IMG/VR virus record: IMGVR_UViG_3300043399_000676
Direction: 5' to 3' (one strand)
From: a virus
Taxonomy: Duplodnaviria > Heunggongvirae > Uroviricota > Caudoviricetes
Length of the DNA stretch: 64,000 bases
Under the pieces are notes generated by a model, which saw nothing but the letters and a program-made list of their open reading frames with translations, was not told the origin of the DNA and did no database searches. Of this stretch, positions 44,072 through 53,522 are shown one piece after another. Position 1 is the first letter of the stretch. Each line of letters opens with the position of its first letter. The translations under genes were made by a program, and so were the position numbers.

Positions 44072-44250
44072 AGGTAAACTTGCCATATGATCCAACTTGG
44101 CAAGCAGTAGCGTGGGCAAAAAAGAACTGTCCTAGCTATGTAACCTGTTTCATTACTGAGGACAAGGTTAAAATGACTCAGAAACCTGTTATAGCTTATG
44201 TGTTCTCTGACGAAAAAGATGCCACTTTTTTCGCGCTGAGGTGGTCATGA
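44062..44250 (+). CDS. array member 14/15 (…FALRWS)
   Basis: ATG overlaps the upstream stop. Confidence 0.5.
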   Translation: MGLKVNLPYDPTWQAVAWAKKNCPSYVTCFITEDKVKMTQKPVIAYVFSDEKDATFFALRWS

Positions 44251-44453
44251 TTGATATAACTAGTGTCTTCCCAAAAGGATGTACAGATTACACTGTGATT
44301 GATGTTTCGGAAACACGAAGTAATAACCGAGAAATGTTGCGATGGTTAAGAGAATTTGACCATGACAGTTGGTTTGCATGGGAGAGACCTGACAATAAAG
44401 TAATCTTTGAAAAAGAAGATATTGCTGTGCTATTCACATTAAGGTGGTTATGA
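44247..44453 (+). CDS. array member 15/15 (…FTLRWL)
   Basis: ATGA coupling; near-duplicate of member 9. Confidence 0.5.
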   Translation: MIDITSVFPKGCTDYTVIDVSETRSNNREMLRWLREFDHDSWFAWERPDNKVIFEKEDIAVLFTLRWL

Positions 44454-44494
44454 ACGTTGTTTAGATGGTTTAGTAAGCGGTTCAAAATAGTACT

Positions 44495-44541
44495 GGTTTC
44501 CTCGAAGGTTCTAGCTAAATAAAAGAACCTTCGAGGAAACC
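44495..44541 (+). promoter_or_regulatory. 18-bp perfect hairpin sequestering the SD of the downstream 688-aa gene
   Basis: GGTTTCCTCGAAGGTTCT…AGAACCTTCGAGGAAACC; GAGGAAA at 44533-44539 sits in the 3' arm and the ATG follows at 44545. Confidence 0.6.
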
Positions 44542-44544
44542 TTC

Positions 44545-46611
44545 ATGCCATTAAACCCATCGATACCGACCCCAGCCGAAACAATAGTTAACATTAACGA
44601 AGATCCGGCGTTAGTTAAATTATACGCAAAACAAGCCGAAACGGTAGTAAACACAACTACAAAATCGTCGGCCAAATTTGCAGTTCCTGCACCAACTGTT
44701 ACAATGGTAACAAAACAGGTGTTTGTTAATAACATAGTTAATAATCAGGCAACAGGAAACATAAATGAACTTCAGTTCAAATCATCAACTGGATTCAGTA
44801 GTGATCCAGAGTTATCCTATAATCCAAACCTAAATGAGTTAACTGTGGAAGGTAATATTGAAGCAACTGCTATACTTACAGATAACTATTTTTATAGTAA
44901 TGGTGTTTCAATATTTTCAACATTAGGATCAGGAAACACTGGTGACATCACGTTCGATGCTACAACTATATCCGCACCTGATGAGAGTACTATTACTATA
45001 GAGAGTAAATTTGAAAATGTAGTTAAATCTAAGTTGGTGTTAAATCCAGAGTATGCTATAGCTAAACTCGAATCTAAATCTACGGACCAAAATACAACTT
45101 TCTTCAGCGGTGACGGATTCTGGGTTACTGCTAATTGGATTGTGAATCAGTATGGTCGAGGAGAGTTAGTATTTACAGGTTCTGAACAACTTTACAGCTT
45201 TTTAAATAGTTCACCTTCTTGGAACAGCGGAGAGAACAAGCGTTTTAGCTGGAATAGCGGCTCTCCTCTACAGTTTAGTGGGTGGGGATACGGTGGCGGA
45301 ACGCTGAATATAGATGTGGGAACTGAACTACTACCTCCTGTAGATCCTACTGAAATTACAGAAATTTCTTTTATTTGGGACAATGTATCTCGTGTGTCAG
45401 TTGACAGTAATGATTATCAAGAATTACAAATTCAAGCTCGCGGAATGAATATTGAAATTGACAGCACTAGCGACGTTAACATCGAAGCCGGTGACGATCT
45501 AAGACTAACAGGCAATGATGTTGTTAGTATTCGCAATAGATCCGTTTCTGACCCAATTACTATTGTTACAAACTACAACGGTGCATCTCCAACATGGAGT
45601 TTTGAAGCAGATGGTGCCTTAACATTACCCAACGGCAGCTTCATCAGAGAAACCGTAGTGACAGGGAATCCTACTATTGAATTAGAACCTGCCAATGCTG
45701 AAGGAGCTAGTCAGAAACTAGTCATCAAAGGTGGTGGCCCAGTTTTCTCTAACACAGAAAACGGTATCACTGTGGAAGTCTTTAATACCATAACTTATGC
45801 TCAAGGCGATACTGTCTATATGGGAGTTAGCACAGGACTAGCTCAAGGCACTACACTTTACTGGTGGATTGATAACTATAGCCCAGGAGCACAGTTTACT
45901 CCGGACAACGGAGAACTAACTATTAATGAGTTCGGTGGTGCATCATTTAACTTTGTAGTCAATGATGATACTATTCCATTCCGTGTTTATGTAGCAGATA
46001 CATTATACAACGCCTACATTAATAATCTCGGTGCGGTTAGCGTTGACATGAATGCAGGTGCGGTGGATAACAGCCTACACTTACATTTGACTACTGGTGA
46101 TTTAACTGCGACCAGCATTTTCTTAGGTACAGACGATCACAACGTTAGAACAAAGCCCAACGGTAATATAGAAGTTACAGTCTACAATTCCGAGGACGGA
46201 GTTTCAAAAGCTTGGAACTTCGGTAACGATGCCAAGTTGACATTCCCTTTACCAGTTAACAATGATATTCCATCCATAGAGTTCCCAGTTCCCAATGGCA
46301 GTGCTGGAATTGGTGTTAGTCCAAATGGATTTGATATTAGAGTCTTAGATAGCTACTGGACATTTAGCCCTCTACTTACAGGTGAAGGGACTGTTCCTGC
46401 TAAGATAACATTCCCGGACGGAACTCAACAAGTTACTGCTTGGGCAGGTGGTCGAGTAGTTAATATTCCAAATTCTAGTACAGGTGCTGCAGGTGACAAG
46501 TCAGGAGACATTTCATTTGATTCTACCTTCATGTATTACTGTGTAGCTGACTATACTGATGGATTATCAAATATATGGAAGCGTATAGCTTGGAGTGCTG
46601 ATACTTGGTAA
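44545..46611 (+). CDS. large fibre/adhesin-like structural protein
   Basis: 688 aa rich in S/T/N/G with repeated β-strand-like segments; C-terminal aromatic tail. Confidence 0.4.
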   Translation: MPLNPSIPTPAETIVNINEDPALVKLYAKQAETVVNTTTKSSAKFAVPAPTVTMVTKQVFVNNIVNNQATGNINELQFKSSTGFSSDPELSYNPNLNELTVEGNIEATAILTDNYFYSNGVSIFSTLGSGNTGDITFDATTISAPDESTITIESKFENVVKSKLVLNPEYAIAKLESKSTDQNTTFFSGDGFWVTANWIVNQYGRGELVFTGSEQLYSFLNSSPSWNSGENKRFSWNSGSPLQFSGWGYGGGTLNIDVGTELLPPVDPTEITEISFIWDNVSRVSVDSNDYQELQIQARGMNIEIDSTSDVNIEAGDDLRLTGNDVVSIRNRSVSDPITIVTNYNGASPTWSFEADGALTLPNGSFIRETVVTGNPTIELEPANAEGASQKLVIKGGGPVFSNTENGITVEVFNTITYAQGDTVYMGVSTGLAQGTTLYWWIDNYSPGAQFTPDNGELTINEFGGASFNFVVNDDTIPFRVYVADTLYNAYINNLGAVSVDMNAGAVDNSLHLHLTTGDLTATSIFLGTDDHNVRTKPNGNIEVTVYNSEDGVSKAWNFGNDAKLTFPLPVNNDIPSIEFPVPNGSAGIGVSPNGFDIRVLDSYWTFSPLLTGEGTVPAKITFPDGTQQVTAWAGGRVVNIPNSSTGAAGDKSGDISFDSTFMYYCVADYTDGLSNIWKRIAWSADTW

Positions 46612-46618
46612 AAAAAGG

Positions 46619-46668
46619 TTGACAAAAAATCCCTTTCGTACTATAATAACAAAATAGTTGAAAGGGAT
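46619..46668 (+). promoter_or_regulatory. sigma70 promoter (TTGACA-18-TATAAT) within an AATCCCTTTC…GAAAGGGATT inverted repeat
   Basis: 10-bp inverted repeat with the -10 element in its loop, then a T run. Confidence 0.45.
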
Positions 46669-46673
46669 TTTTT

Positions 46674-47240
46674 ATGAAAAACATTTGGTTCACCTCTGAC
46701 ACGCATTTCTATCATCGGAACATTCTGAAGTTCTGCCCGAATACGCGGGAAGGTGCGGATTCTGAGGAAATGACTGAACTGATGATCCAGCGCTGGAACG
46801 AAAAGGTCAAGCCTCACGACCGCATTTACCATCTTGGTGATTTTTCGTTCGCCAACCATCAGCGTACCCTCCAGCTTCTGCTTCGTCTGAACGGGCAGAT
46901 TCACCTGATTCAGGGTAACCATGATCATGTGATTGACAATAACGACATTCGCAGCCAGTTTGTCGATATCAAAGCGTACAAGGAGATCAAGGTCGGTACA
47001 GAAAAAATCTGCATGTTTCATTTTCCGATGTACGAATGGAACAGGATGCATCATGGTGCGTGGCAGCTTCACGGACACACTCATGGTGAGGTTCAGATCG
47101 AAGGCAAATCGCTCGACGTTGGCATTGACGGACCTGTGACGAAGGGTATGTCTCCGGTTCACTTCGATGAAGTGGCTGAATGGATGAGCAAGCGAGAAAT
47201 TCGCACTCATCATGGAAAACATGGAGAAAATATACTTTGA
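46674..47240 (+). CDS. calcineurin-like metallophosphoesterase
   Basis: MPP motifs DTHFYH, GDFSF, GNHDH and a later H/HGH. Confidence 0.6.
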   Translation: MKNIWFTSDTHFYHRNILKFCPNTREGADSEEMTELMIQRWNEKVKPHDRIYHLGDFSFANHQRTLQLLLRLNGQIHLIQGNHDHVIDNNDIRSQFVDIKAYKEIKVGTEKICMFHFPMYEWNRMHHGAWQLHGHTHGEVQIEGKSLDVGIDGPVTKGMSPVHFDEVAEWMSKREIRTHHGKHGENIL

Positions 47241-47265
47241 CAGTAAATCCGAATTAACGTATACT
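47237..47265 (+). promoter_or_regulatory. sigma70 promoter (TTGACA-17-TATACT)
   Basis: Overlaps the MPP stop. Confidence 0.5.
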
Positions 47266-47288
47266 TATACATAATTTGAAAGAGGTCA

Positions 47289-47732
47289 ATGATGAACATC
47301 CAAGTTATCAGTAAGTCTAAAGCAAAGCGGCCTTTTATTGAAGCGATTGCTTTGCTTTATGAAAACAAATTGAATCTTGGGTCGAACAAAGTTGACCTCT
47401 TGATTTATACTGTCGCTAACTTCAGGAATTCTACTGGGTTTAATGGTGCTGCATATCAAATTGATGACAGGACTATCTCCGTGGCACTCGACAGTCGCCT
47501 CAAGACCGAAGAACTGGTGCATACTCTTGCACATGAGATGGTTCATGTAAAGCAATACGCCAAAGGTCAACTTAAAAACAAAGTTGATAAAAAAGGAAAA
47601 ACTTATCAGACATGGCTCGGTCGTCGTTATGACGTTCACTACTATGATCAACCTTGGGAAATCGAGGCATTTAAACGTGAGCGGCTTTTGGCGAACGAAG
47701 TAGCCAAACTCGTAATAAACAAAGGAAAATAA
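47289..47732 (+). CDS. putative zinc metallopeptidase (HExxH, SprT-like)
   Basis: HTLAHEMVHV motif. Confidence 0.35.
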   Translation: MMNIQVISKSKAKRPFIEAIALLYENKLNLGSNKVDLLIYTVANFRNSTGFNGAAYQIDDRTISVALDSRLKTEELVHTLAHEMVHVKQYAKGQLKNKVDKKGKTYQTWLGRRYDVHYYDQPWEIEAFKRERLLANEVAKLVINKGK

Positions 47733-48175
47733 TGAAAACTACTTCATATGGAGTTCTTATAGTGAACGAAGAGTTGGAGGTTCTACTTGCACATCCAACC
47801 CATAATAGATTTTGGAATCTTCCCAAAGGTGGCGCCGATAACGGCGAAAGTCCTATGGCTGCTGCAATCAGAGAAGCAGAAGAAGAAATTGGTGTAAAGT
47901 TTAGTCCCTCTGATCTTACAACTTTGGGAAAGTTCAACTACCTTCCATCGAAAGACCTTTATCTATTTTTGGTTAGAGTGAGCAAAGCTGAACTTAACAT
48001 CGATGATTGTGTTTGCAACAGCACATTCGAATTGTACGGCAGGACATTTCCTGAAATGGACAATTTTGTTTGGGCAACACCAGAGATGGTTCGTGGAATG
48101 TGCACCAAGAATTTGTCAAATATCATCCTTCCGATACTAAGTAAAATCGAACAAGGAGAGTATGGTGAAAATTGA
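47732..48175 (+). CDS. Nudix hydrolase
   Basis: Full Nudix box GGADNGESPMAAAIREAEEEIGV. Confidence 0.75.
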   Translation: MKTTSYGVLIVNEELEVLLAHPTHNRFWNLPKGGADNGESPMAAAIREAEEEIGVKFSPSDLTTLGKFNYLPSKDLYLFLVRVSKAELNIDDCVCNSTFELYGRTFPEMDNFVWATPEMVRGMCTKNLSNIILPILSKIEQGEYGEN

Positions 48176-48815
48176 TAGAATTTTTAACACCGCACAGCAA
48201 TTTATTCTAGTAAAAGATATGACCTCATTGATTAATTTTGAGGACATCCATGAGGAGTTTGAAAAACTAGAGTATGAACCAAACATTGGCAATATGATTA
48301 GTACTGACACAAATTTCTTTGACAAAGAAAAGTTCGTGGATACTAAAACTGCCCTAGAAAATGAATGCAAACAATACTTAAACAATGTATTTGGTCTTCG
48401 TTCCTTTTACGAAGGTTTAGTAATGACAAACTCGTGGGGAAATATCACTGGTCCAAATATGTTTCACCATGAACATACCCATCCGTTTAGTGTAGTCAGC
48501 GGAGTACTGTTCTTAGATAACCACGCAGGAAATCTAAATCTAACGATTGAGGCTCACCTTCCGCAAATCCCTCATTTTTTGGATCGATCTAGACCTTTTA
48601 TCTCTCTGCGAAATCTTGCCGACGATGCAGAAGTTGATACTGACATTTTAGAAAATTATAGGCATTGCCTAGTGCTATTCTTGTCTAACCAACATCACTA
48701 TGTTCGGCAATTGCCGAAAGAAGAAATTGCAAGGAGAAGGACTATTTCTTTCAATACATTTTGGAAGGGAAAAGTTGGAGTAGAGAATAAAGACTTGGCT
48801 TCTATCACATTTTAA
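48162..48815 (+). CDS. hypothetical protein (possible Fe/2OG-oxygenase-like His cluster)
   Basis: FHHEHTHPF plus a later H; weak. Confidence 0.3.
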   Translation: MVKIDRIFNTAQQFILVKDMTSLINFEDIHEEFEKLEYEPNIGNMISTDTNFFDKEKFVDTKTALENECKQYLNNVFGLRSFYEGLVMTNSWGNITGPNMFHHEHTHPFSVVSGVLFLDNHAGNLNLTIEAHLPQIPHFLDRSRPFISLRNLADDAEVDTDILENYRHCLVLFLSNQHHYVRQLPKEEIARRRTISFNTFWKGKVGVENKDLASITF

Positions 48816-48817
48816 CA

Positions 48818-49057
48818 ATGGAAGTTCCTGTACATCTTGATTTGCTTGGTCGCCCGGTAAAAGAGGGGGACTATGTTGCTGTTTGTCATCATAACTCTTT
48901 GATGGTATGTACTGTTAAGAAGCTGATAAACAAACAGATTAGAGTAATTCCTATGAATGGAAAAGGATGGAGATCTGAAGATGGTTATTTAAAATACAGC
49001 AACCAATGTGTAATCATCGGTGGTCCTGATCTAATGATGTACATTCTTAAATCTTAA
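48818..49057 (+). CDS. hypothetical protein
   Basis: Tight operon spacing. Confidence 0.4.
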   Translation: MEVPVHLDLLGRPVKEGDYVAVCHHNSLMVCTVKKLINKQIRVIPMNGKGWRSEDGYLKYSNQCVIIGGPDLMMYILKS

Positions 49058-49068
49058 AGGAGTAAACG

Positions 49069-49272
49069 ATGATTGTATACGTGGTGCATTCTACTATTAG
49101 CGGGTACGCTAGAGAAGATCCGAAGAATAGTCATGTGACAGGTGTGTATGAGGATGAAAACCTGGCTAAAAATCTCGCAAAAGTCACTCAAGGGCGAGTC
49201 ACTGCGATTCAACTGAATCATGTGGCCCGCGGACTGAACGATGCTTTGGAGTTATTTGGTCTGAAGGCTTGA
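49069..49272 (+). CDS. hypothetical protein
   Basis: RBS AAGGAG. Confidence 0.4.
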   Translation: MIVYVVHSTISGYAREDPKNSHVTGVYEDENLAKNLAKVTQGRVTAIQLNHVARGLNDALELFGLKA

Positions 49273-49298
49273 CAATAAATCCAATTTCGTGTACAATA
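49269..49298 (+). promoter_or_regulatory. sigma70 promoter (TTGACA-18-TACAAT)
   Basis: Consensus hexamers. Confidence 0.5.
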
Positions 49299-49324
49299 CA
49301 TGTATTGACGATAAGGAATTGGAC

Positions 49325-49462
49325 ATGCAATACACTCTGATTACGAAGTCCGGCAAGATCATGCAGTTTTACATCAAGGCTTTGGCTGAGAGTTATCAAG
49401 CTGCATATGGCGGAGTCATCGTCACTGATGCTATTCTTTCCACTGAACAAACTACGGTTTAA
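49325..49462 (+). CDS. 45-aa hypothetical protein
   Basis: RBS AAGGAATTGG; not in the track. Confidence 0.3.
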   Translation: MQYTLITKSGKIMQFYIKALAESYQAAYGGVIVTDAILSTEQTTV

Positions 49463-49474
49463 TTAGGATAATTC

Positions 49475-51622
49475 ATGATTCTGAATAACGCTCCCCAAGA
49501 TCAAGCAGTTCTTTCCAACGTCGGCCAAATCGGCGAGTTTCGTATTCGCAACTCCGCGAAGGCATTTAGTATTCTGTCTTCGGGGCTGTACGCAAACAAG
49601 ATCCGCGCGATCATCCGTGAACTTTCCTGCAATGCGGTTGACTCGCACGTTGCAGCAGGCAAATCGGAAACCCCTTTCGATATTCATCTTCCGAATGCTC
49701 TTGAGCCTTGGTTCAGTATTCGTGACTACGGTACTGGGCTCGATCACGCTCAAGTAACCAACATCTATACGACCTACTTCGAATCTACCAAAACGGAATC
49801 GAACGATTTTATCGGTGCGCTGGGTCTGGGTTCGAAGTCCCCGTTTTCGTATACTGACAATTTCACCGTGACTGCGATCAAGGATGGTCGCAAAGGTATC
49901 TACACCGCATTCATCAATGAACATGGTGTTCCGAGCATTGCCCTGATGTTCGAGGAAGAAACGACCGATCCGGCTGGTGTCGAGGTGAAGTTTTCGGTCA
50001 ACGATAAGCATGACTACGAAAAGTTCAACCAAGAAGCGAGGAACGTTTATGAATATTTCAAGCTGCGTCCGGTAGTCAGCGGTCGTTCGGATTTCAAGTT
50101 CAGTGATCCTCACTTTGAAGATCGTGACATCGTTCCTGGTGTTCATACGCTGAAGGTTAATCGTGCTTATGATAGCATTAGTTTTGCTATCATGGGTAAC
50201 ATTGCGTATCCCGTGAATGTTCCGGAAGCTGACAAGACGCTAGGTACTCTTCGCCCGCTGCTTAAGTGTGGTCTGGTGATGGAGTTTGGTATCGGTGAAC
50301 TGGATTTTCAGGCTTCGCGTGAAGGTCTCTCGTATGTTCCTCTGACGATTGAATCGATTCAGAAAAAGCTGGTCGTTCTGAATGATCAACTGGTTAAGTA
50401 CGTTGCGAAAGAAGCTGAAAAGATCGAGAATCTGTGGGAACGTGCAGTCTGGCTTGCTAAGAAGCGTGACTATACGCTTTGGCGTAACGCGGTCGATAAG
50501 TATGTTACGGATACGAAGTTTCCTCTTGCATCGGGTAGCACGAATCGTTGGGAATTCCTGAACTCGTTTAAGTTCACTGTCGAAGAACTTCGTGAAAAGT
50601 ACAACATCGTTATTCGAGGCTTTCAGAAGCAATCCGGATATCAGCATATGTCTACGCTGAAACCACGTAGTGTGCATAACTCCGTTTACGGTACTTTTAA
50701 GGAAACTTGGGAATTTACGATTGACCTGAACAAATCATTTGTCTTCAACGACACTAATGTCGGAGCACTTGAACGAGCCAAGCATCACTGGAAATCTGCG
50801 GATGACGTACACCATGCATCCGTCTATGTCATCGATGCATTTGTCAAAGGTAATCCTATCAAGAAGCAGGAATTCCTCGATGCACTGATGAACCCTCCTT
50901 CTAATATGTTTTTTAAAGCTAGCGAACTTGCTAAGAAGGACAGCAAGGCTCGTATTGGCAAAAATGTTTCGATTCTGAAGCTGGAAGAACGTCGTCGCAG
51001 TTCTTGGAATACTGAATGGGTCTGGGCTGCTGCTGGTAAGATTGACAGTTTTTCTGACAGTGAAACCTTTTACTACGTCGAAATGTCTGCGTGGGAGCCC
51101 CTCGATATTCCAGTCGATATCAAAACTCTCCGTCTCCGACTTTATGAATCGGATGTGTTTAAAGGTTCGATCTACGGAGTTCGTAAGTCTGATATCGAAG
51201 AAGTTCGTAGTCGTAAAAATTGGGTCAGCCTGAACGAGATGATCAAGTCCTCGCTTGGTAAGTTGGATACTTCTAATGTGATGGGAATGGTCAAACAATC
51301 GGTTGACATCAAGGCACTTTACAAGTATATTAACGTTATCAACAAAGTTGATCAAAATAGTCCGTATGTCAAACTGTACAATGTTTTTAAGGATGTTAAA
51401 GATGACAGCCCGGTGAAACGTCAAGCACTAGAGTTTCTCTGCAAGAAATATGGAATCACAACTGCTGCAAAAGTTGATCCGAATGCATTGATTGCTAAGT
51501 ACAATGGAGAAGTTGCAGCGATTTATATTCGATATCCCCTGCTTCGCAGCCTGAGCCACACGGTCGATTCTCAAGCTGTTGCTGAATACATTAACCTCAT
51601 CGATCAAAACAAAGGAATTTAA
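49475..51622 (+). CDS. rIIA: rIIA lysis-inhibition protector (GHKL ATPase N-domain)
   Basis: 715 aa; N-terminal blocks KAFSILSSGLYANKIRAIIRELSCNAVDSH and ESNDFIGALGLGSKSPFSYTDNF match T4 rIIA; Bergerat-fold ATPase motifs. Confidence 0.8.
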   Translation: MILNNAPQDQAVLSNVGQIGEFRIRNSAKAFSILSSGLYANKIRAIIRELSCNAVDSHVAAGKSETPFDIHLPNALEPWFSIRDYGTGLDHAQVTNIYTTYFESTKTESNDFIGALGLGSKSPFSYTDNFTVTAIKDGRKGIYTAFINEHGVPSIALMFEEETTDPAGVEVKFSVNDKHDYEKFNQEARNVYEYFKLRPVVSGRSDFKFSDPHFEDRDIVPGVHTLKVNRAYDSISFAIMGNIAYPVNVPEADKTLGTLRPLLKCGLVMEFGIGELDFQASREGLSYVPLTIESIQKKLVVLNDQLVKYVAKEAEKIENLWERAVWLAKKRDYTLWRNAVDKYVTDTKFPLASGSTNRWEFLNSFKFTVEELREKYNIVIRGFQKQSGYQHMSTLKPRSVHNSVYGTFKETWEFTIDLNKSFVFNDTNVGALERAKHHWKSADDVHHASVYVIDAFVKGNPIKKQEFLDALMNPPSNMFFKASELAKKDSKARIGKNVSILKLEERRRSSWNTEWVWAAAGKIDSFSDSETFYYVEMSAWEPLDIPVDIKTLRLRLYESDVFKGSIYGVRKSDIEEVRSRKNWVSLNEMIKSSLGKLDTSNVMGMVKQSVDIKALYKYINVINKVDQNSPYVKLYNVFKDVKDDSPVKRQALEFLCKKYGITTAAKVDPNALIAKYNGEVAAIYIRYPLLRSLSHTVDSQAVAEYINLIDQNKGI

Positions 51623-51680
51623 AATGAGCTACCCCTATCTGATTCAAGGAAAGGTATAAATACTAGTACGAGGTACTAGT

Positions 51681-52415
51681 ATGAATTATCAAAAAATATA
51701 CGACACGCTTATAGCAAGAGCTATCGGTAGGAAAAAAATGAATAAACATGATCCTGGTTATGTTTATTATGAACGACATCATATTGTTCCTAAATGCTTA
51801 GGCGGCACCGATTCTACTTTAAATTTGGTTTATCTGACAGCAGAAGAACATTGGATTGCTCATTTATTACTAGTAAAGTTGAATCCCGAAAACAATAAAT
51901 TAGTGTATGCTTGCCAAGCAATGTCGATGTCTGGTGGGAACAATAAGAGAACTACAAATAAGTTATTTGGATGGATCAGGAGAAAGTACAGTAATGCCAC
52001 TAGTGAGCGGCAAAAGGGCCGCGTTGTAACGCAGGAACAAAGACTTAAAATAAGCTCATCACTAATAGGTAGGCCGGCTCTTCATCAACAAGGCAATAAT
52101 AACATATCAAAAAGACCTGAGGTTGCCAAAAAAATAAGCGAGTCAAATAAGGGCAGGAAGCAGAATTTCTCGAACCCTGAATTGCGATTAAAAAGAATAA
52201 GTGAGGCTAAGAAAGGAAAACCTCACTTATCAGGAGAATCAAACCCTGCATTTAAAGGATGGATTATAGGTACTCCAGTAGAAGGTGGACCTGAGATAAG
52301 AATATCATCCAAAAAAGACATGGATTTTTATGGGTTTACCAAAACATCAGTATATAAGTGCGTAAACGGCATTAACCATCAACACAAGGGTTACAAATTT
52401 AGAAGAGAAGAATAG
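51681..52415 (+). CDS. HNH homing endonuclease with NUMOD3 repeats, inserted between rIIA and rIIB
   Basis: YYERHHIVPKCLGGTDSTLNLVYLTAEEHWIAH HNH motif; C-terminal S/K-rich NUMOD3-like repeats. Confidence 0.75.
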   Translation: MNYQKIYDTLIARAIGRKKMNKHDPGYVYYERHHIVPKCLGGTDSTLNLVYLTAEEHWIAHLLLVKLNPENNKLVYACQAMSMSGGNNKRTTNKLFGWIRRKYSNATSERQKGRVVTQEQRLKISSSLIGRPALHQQGNNNISKRPEVAKKISESNKGRKQNFSNPELRLKRISEAKKGKPHLSGESNPAFKGWIIGTPVEGGPEIRISSKKDMDFYGFTKTSVYKCVNGINHQHKGYKFRREE

Positions 52416-52487
52416 CCCAAAAAGCATTGATATTTGCGACATTTTCAGTTAAAATCAACTTTCGTTAATTACACTAAAAGGAACATC

Positions 52488-53462
52488 ATGAATTCGACTC
52501 CGGCCTATCTTATTCAAGGTAACAACATTACCGTTGTCATCGACAACAAACCCTACACGATCTCCAAGACTCATATCACCTACAATAAGGTTCTTGAGGC
52601 AATCAAAGCAGGTGACTGGGAAGCAGTCAAAGATGCGATTGAACCTAAGAAAATTTTCTACAAGTTTTCTAATGGTGTGGTCAAAATCGAAGACGGCCAG
52701 TTCTTCTGGAAAGGTCAACTCATGCATAATGCGCTGACCACTCGTATGATTGAAATGCTGAAGGAAGATTTTCCGATTGACCCGCTCATCAATTTTATGA
52801 GCAACCTGATGTCGAATCCCAGCAAGCGTTCAGTCGATGAACTGTATGGCTTTCTGGAGAAGAACAACCTTCCGATTACTCCCGATGGACACTTCCTTGC
52901 TTACAAGCGTGTTCGTAATGACTACAAAGATTGTCACTCGGGTACGATGGATAACAGCATCGGTAGTATTGTCGAGATGGAACGCAATCAAGTCGATGAT
53001 GACAAAGATCGCACTTGCAGCACTGGTCTGCACTTCTGCTCGCATGAGTATCTGAAGAGTTTTGGTGGCGAACGCACGGTGATTCTGAAGATCAATCCTC
53101 GTGATGTTGTCAGCATTCCGTCTGACTATAACGATAGCAAAGGTCGCTGCTGCCGTTATGAAGTTATCGGTGAGGTTGATCACACTCCGGATGAGTCTGT
53201 TGAATTCAACAAGCCTGTGCAGTCGAACGCTAACTCGGTAAAATCTGAAAGACCCAAAAAGGGAGACTCTGAATTTTATCGTGGGTATTCAGAAGGATAT
53301 GACGACCTAGACTTTGACGAAACTGTGTGGGATGATGAGGATGCGGATGAGTATGAAGATGGATTCAACCAAGGGTGTGATGATAGGCTTGCAGGAAATC
53401 CTGCACGATACGAATTCGATGACTTTTCTGATGGATTTGAGTTTCCTACCCGCATGCCTTAA
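52488..53462 (+). CDS. rIIB: rIIB protein
   Basis: Blocks DGHFLAYKRVRNDYKDCHSGTMDNS…CSTGLHFCS…INPRDVVSIPSDYNDSKGRCCRYEV match T4 rIIB; acidic C-terminus. Confidence 0.8.
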   Translation: MNSTPAYLIQGNNITVVIDNKPYTISKTHITYNKVLEAIKAGDWEAVKDAIEPKKIFYKFSNGVVKIEDGQFFWKGQLMHNALTTRMIEMLKEDFPIDPLINFMSNLMSNPSKRSVDELYGFLEKNNLPITPDGHFLAYKRVRNDYKDCHSGTMDNSIGSIVEMERNQVDDDKDRTCSTGLHFCSHEYLKSFGGERTVILKINPRDVVSIPSDYNDSKGRCCRYEVIGEVDHTPDESVEFNKPVQSNANSVKSERPKKGDSEFYRGYSEGYDDLDFDETVWDDEDADEYEDGFNQGCDDRLAGNPARYEFDDFSDGFEFPTRMP

Positions 53463-53484
53463 ATAATCATTTGATCAGCTTCGG

Positions 53485-53513
53485 TTGACATTAAATAAAC
53501 TCGGTGCTATAAT
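53485..53513 (+). promoter_or_regulatory. sigma70 promoter (TTGACA-17-TATAAT)
   Basis: Consensus hexamers. Confidence 0.55.
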
Positions 53514-53522
53514 AGCATTATA

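Noticed and set aside
40891-44453. Single polyprotein made by serial −1 frameshifts across the small-ORF array
   Set aside because: Every unit has its own ATG positioned 4–5 nt after an AGGTGG or AAGTGG SD and ends in a genuine stop. The ATGA overlaps fit termination-reinitiation coupling rather than slippery-site frameshifting, and no heptameric slippery sequences were seen at the junctions.
49463-51424. − strand ORFs 49463–50146, 50240–50677 and 50735–51424
   Set aside because: All lie inside rIIA on the opposite strand. The rIIA assignment is strongly supported.
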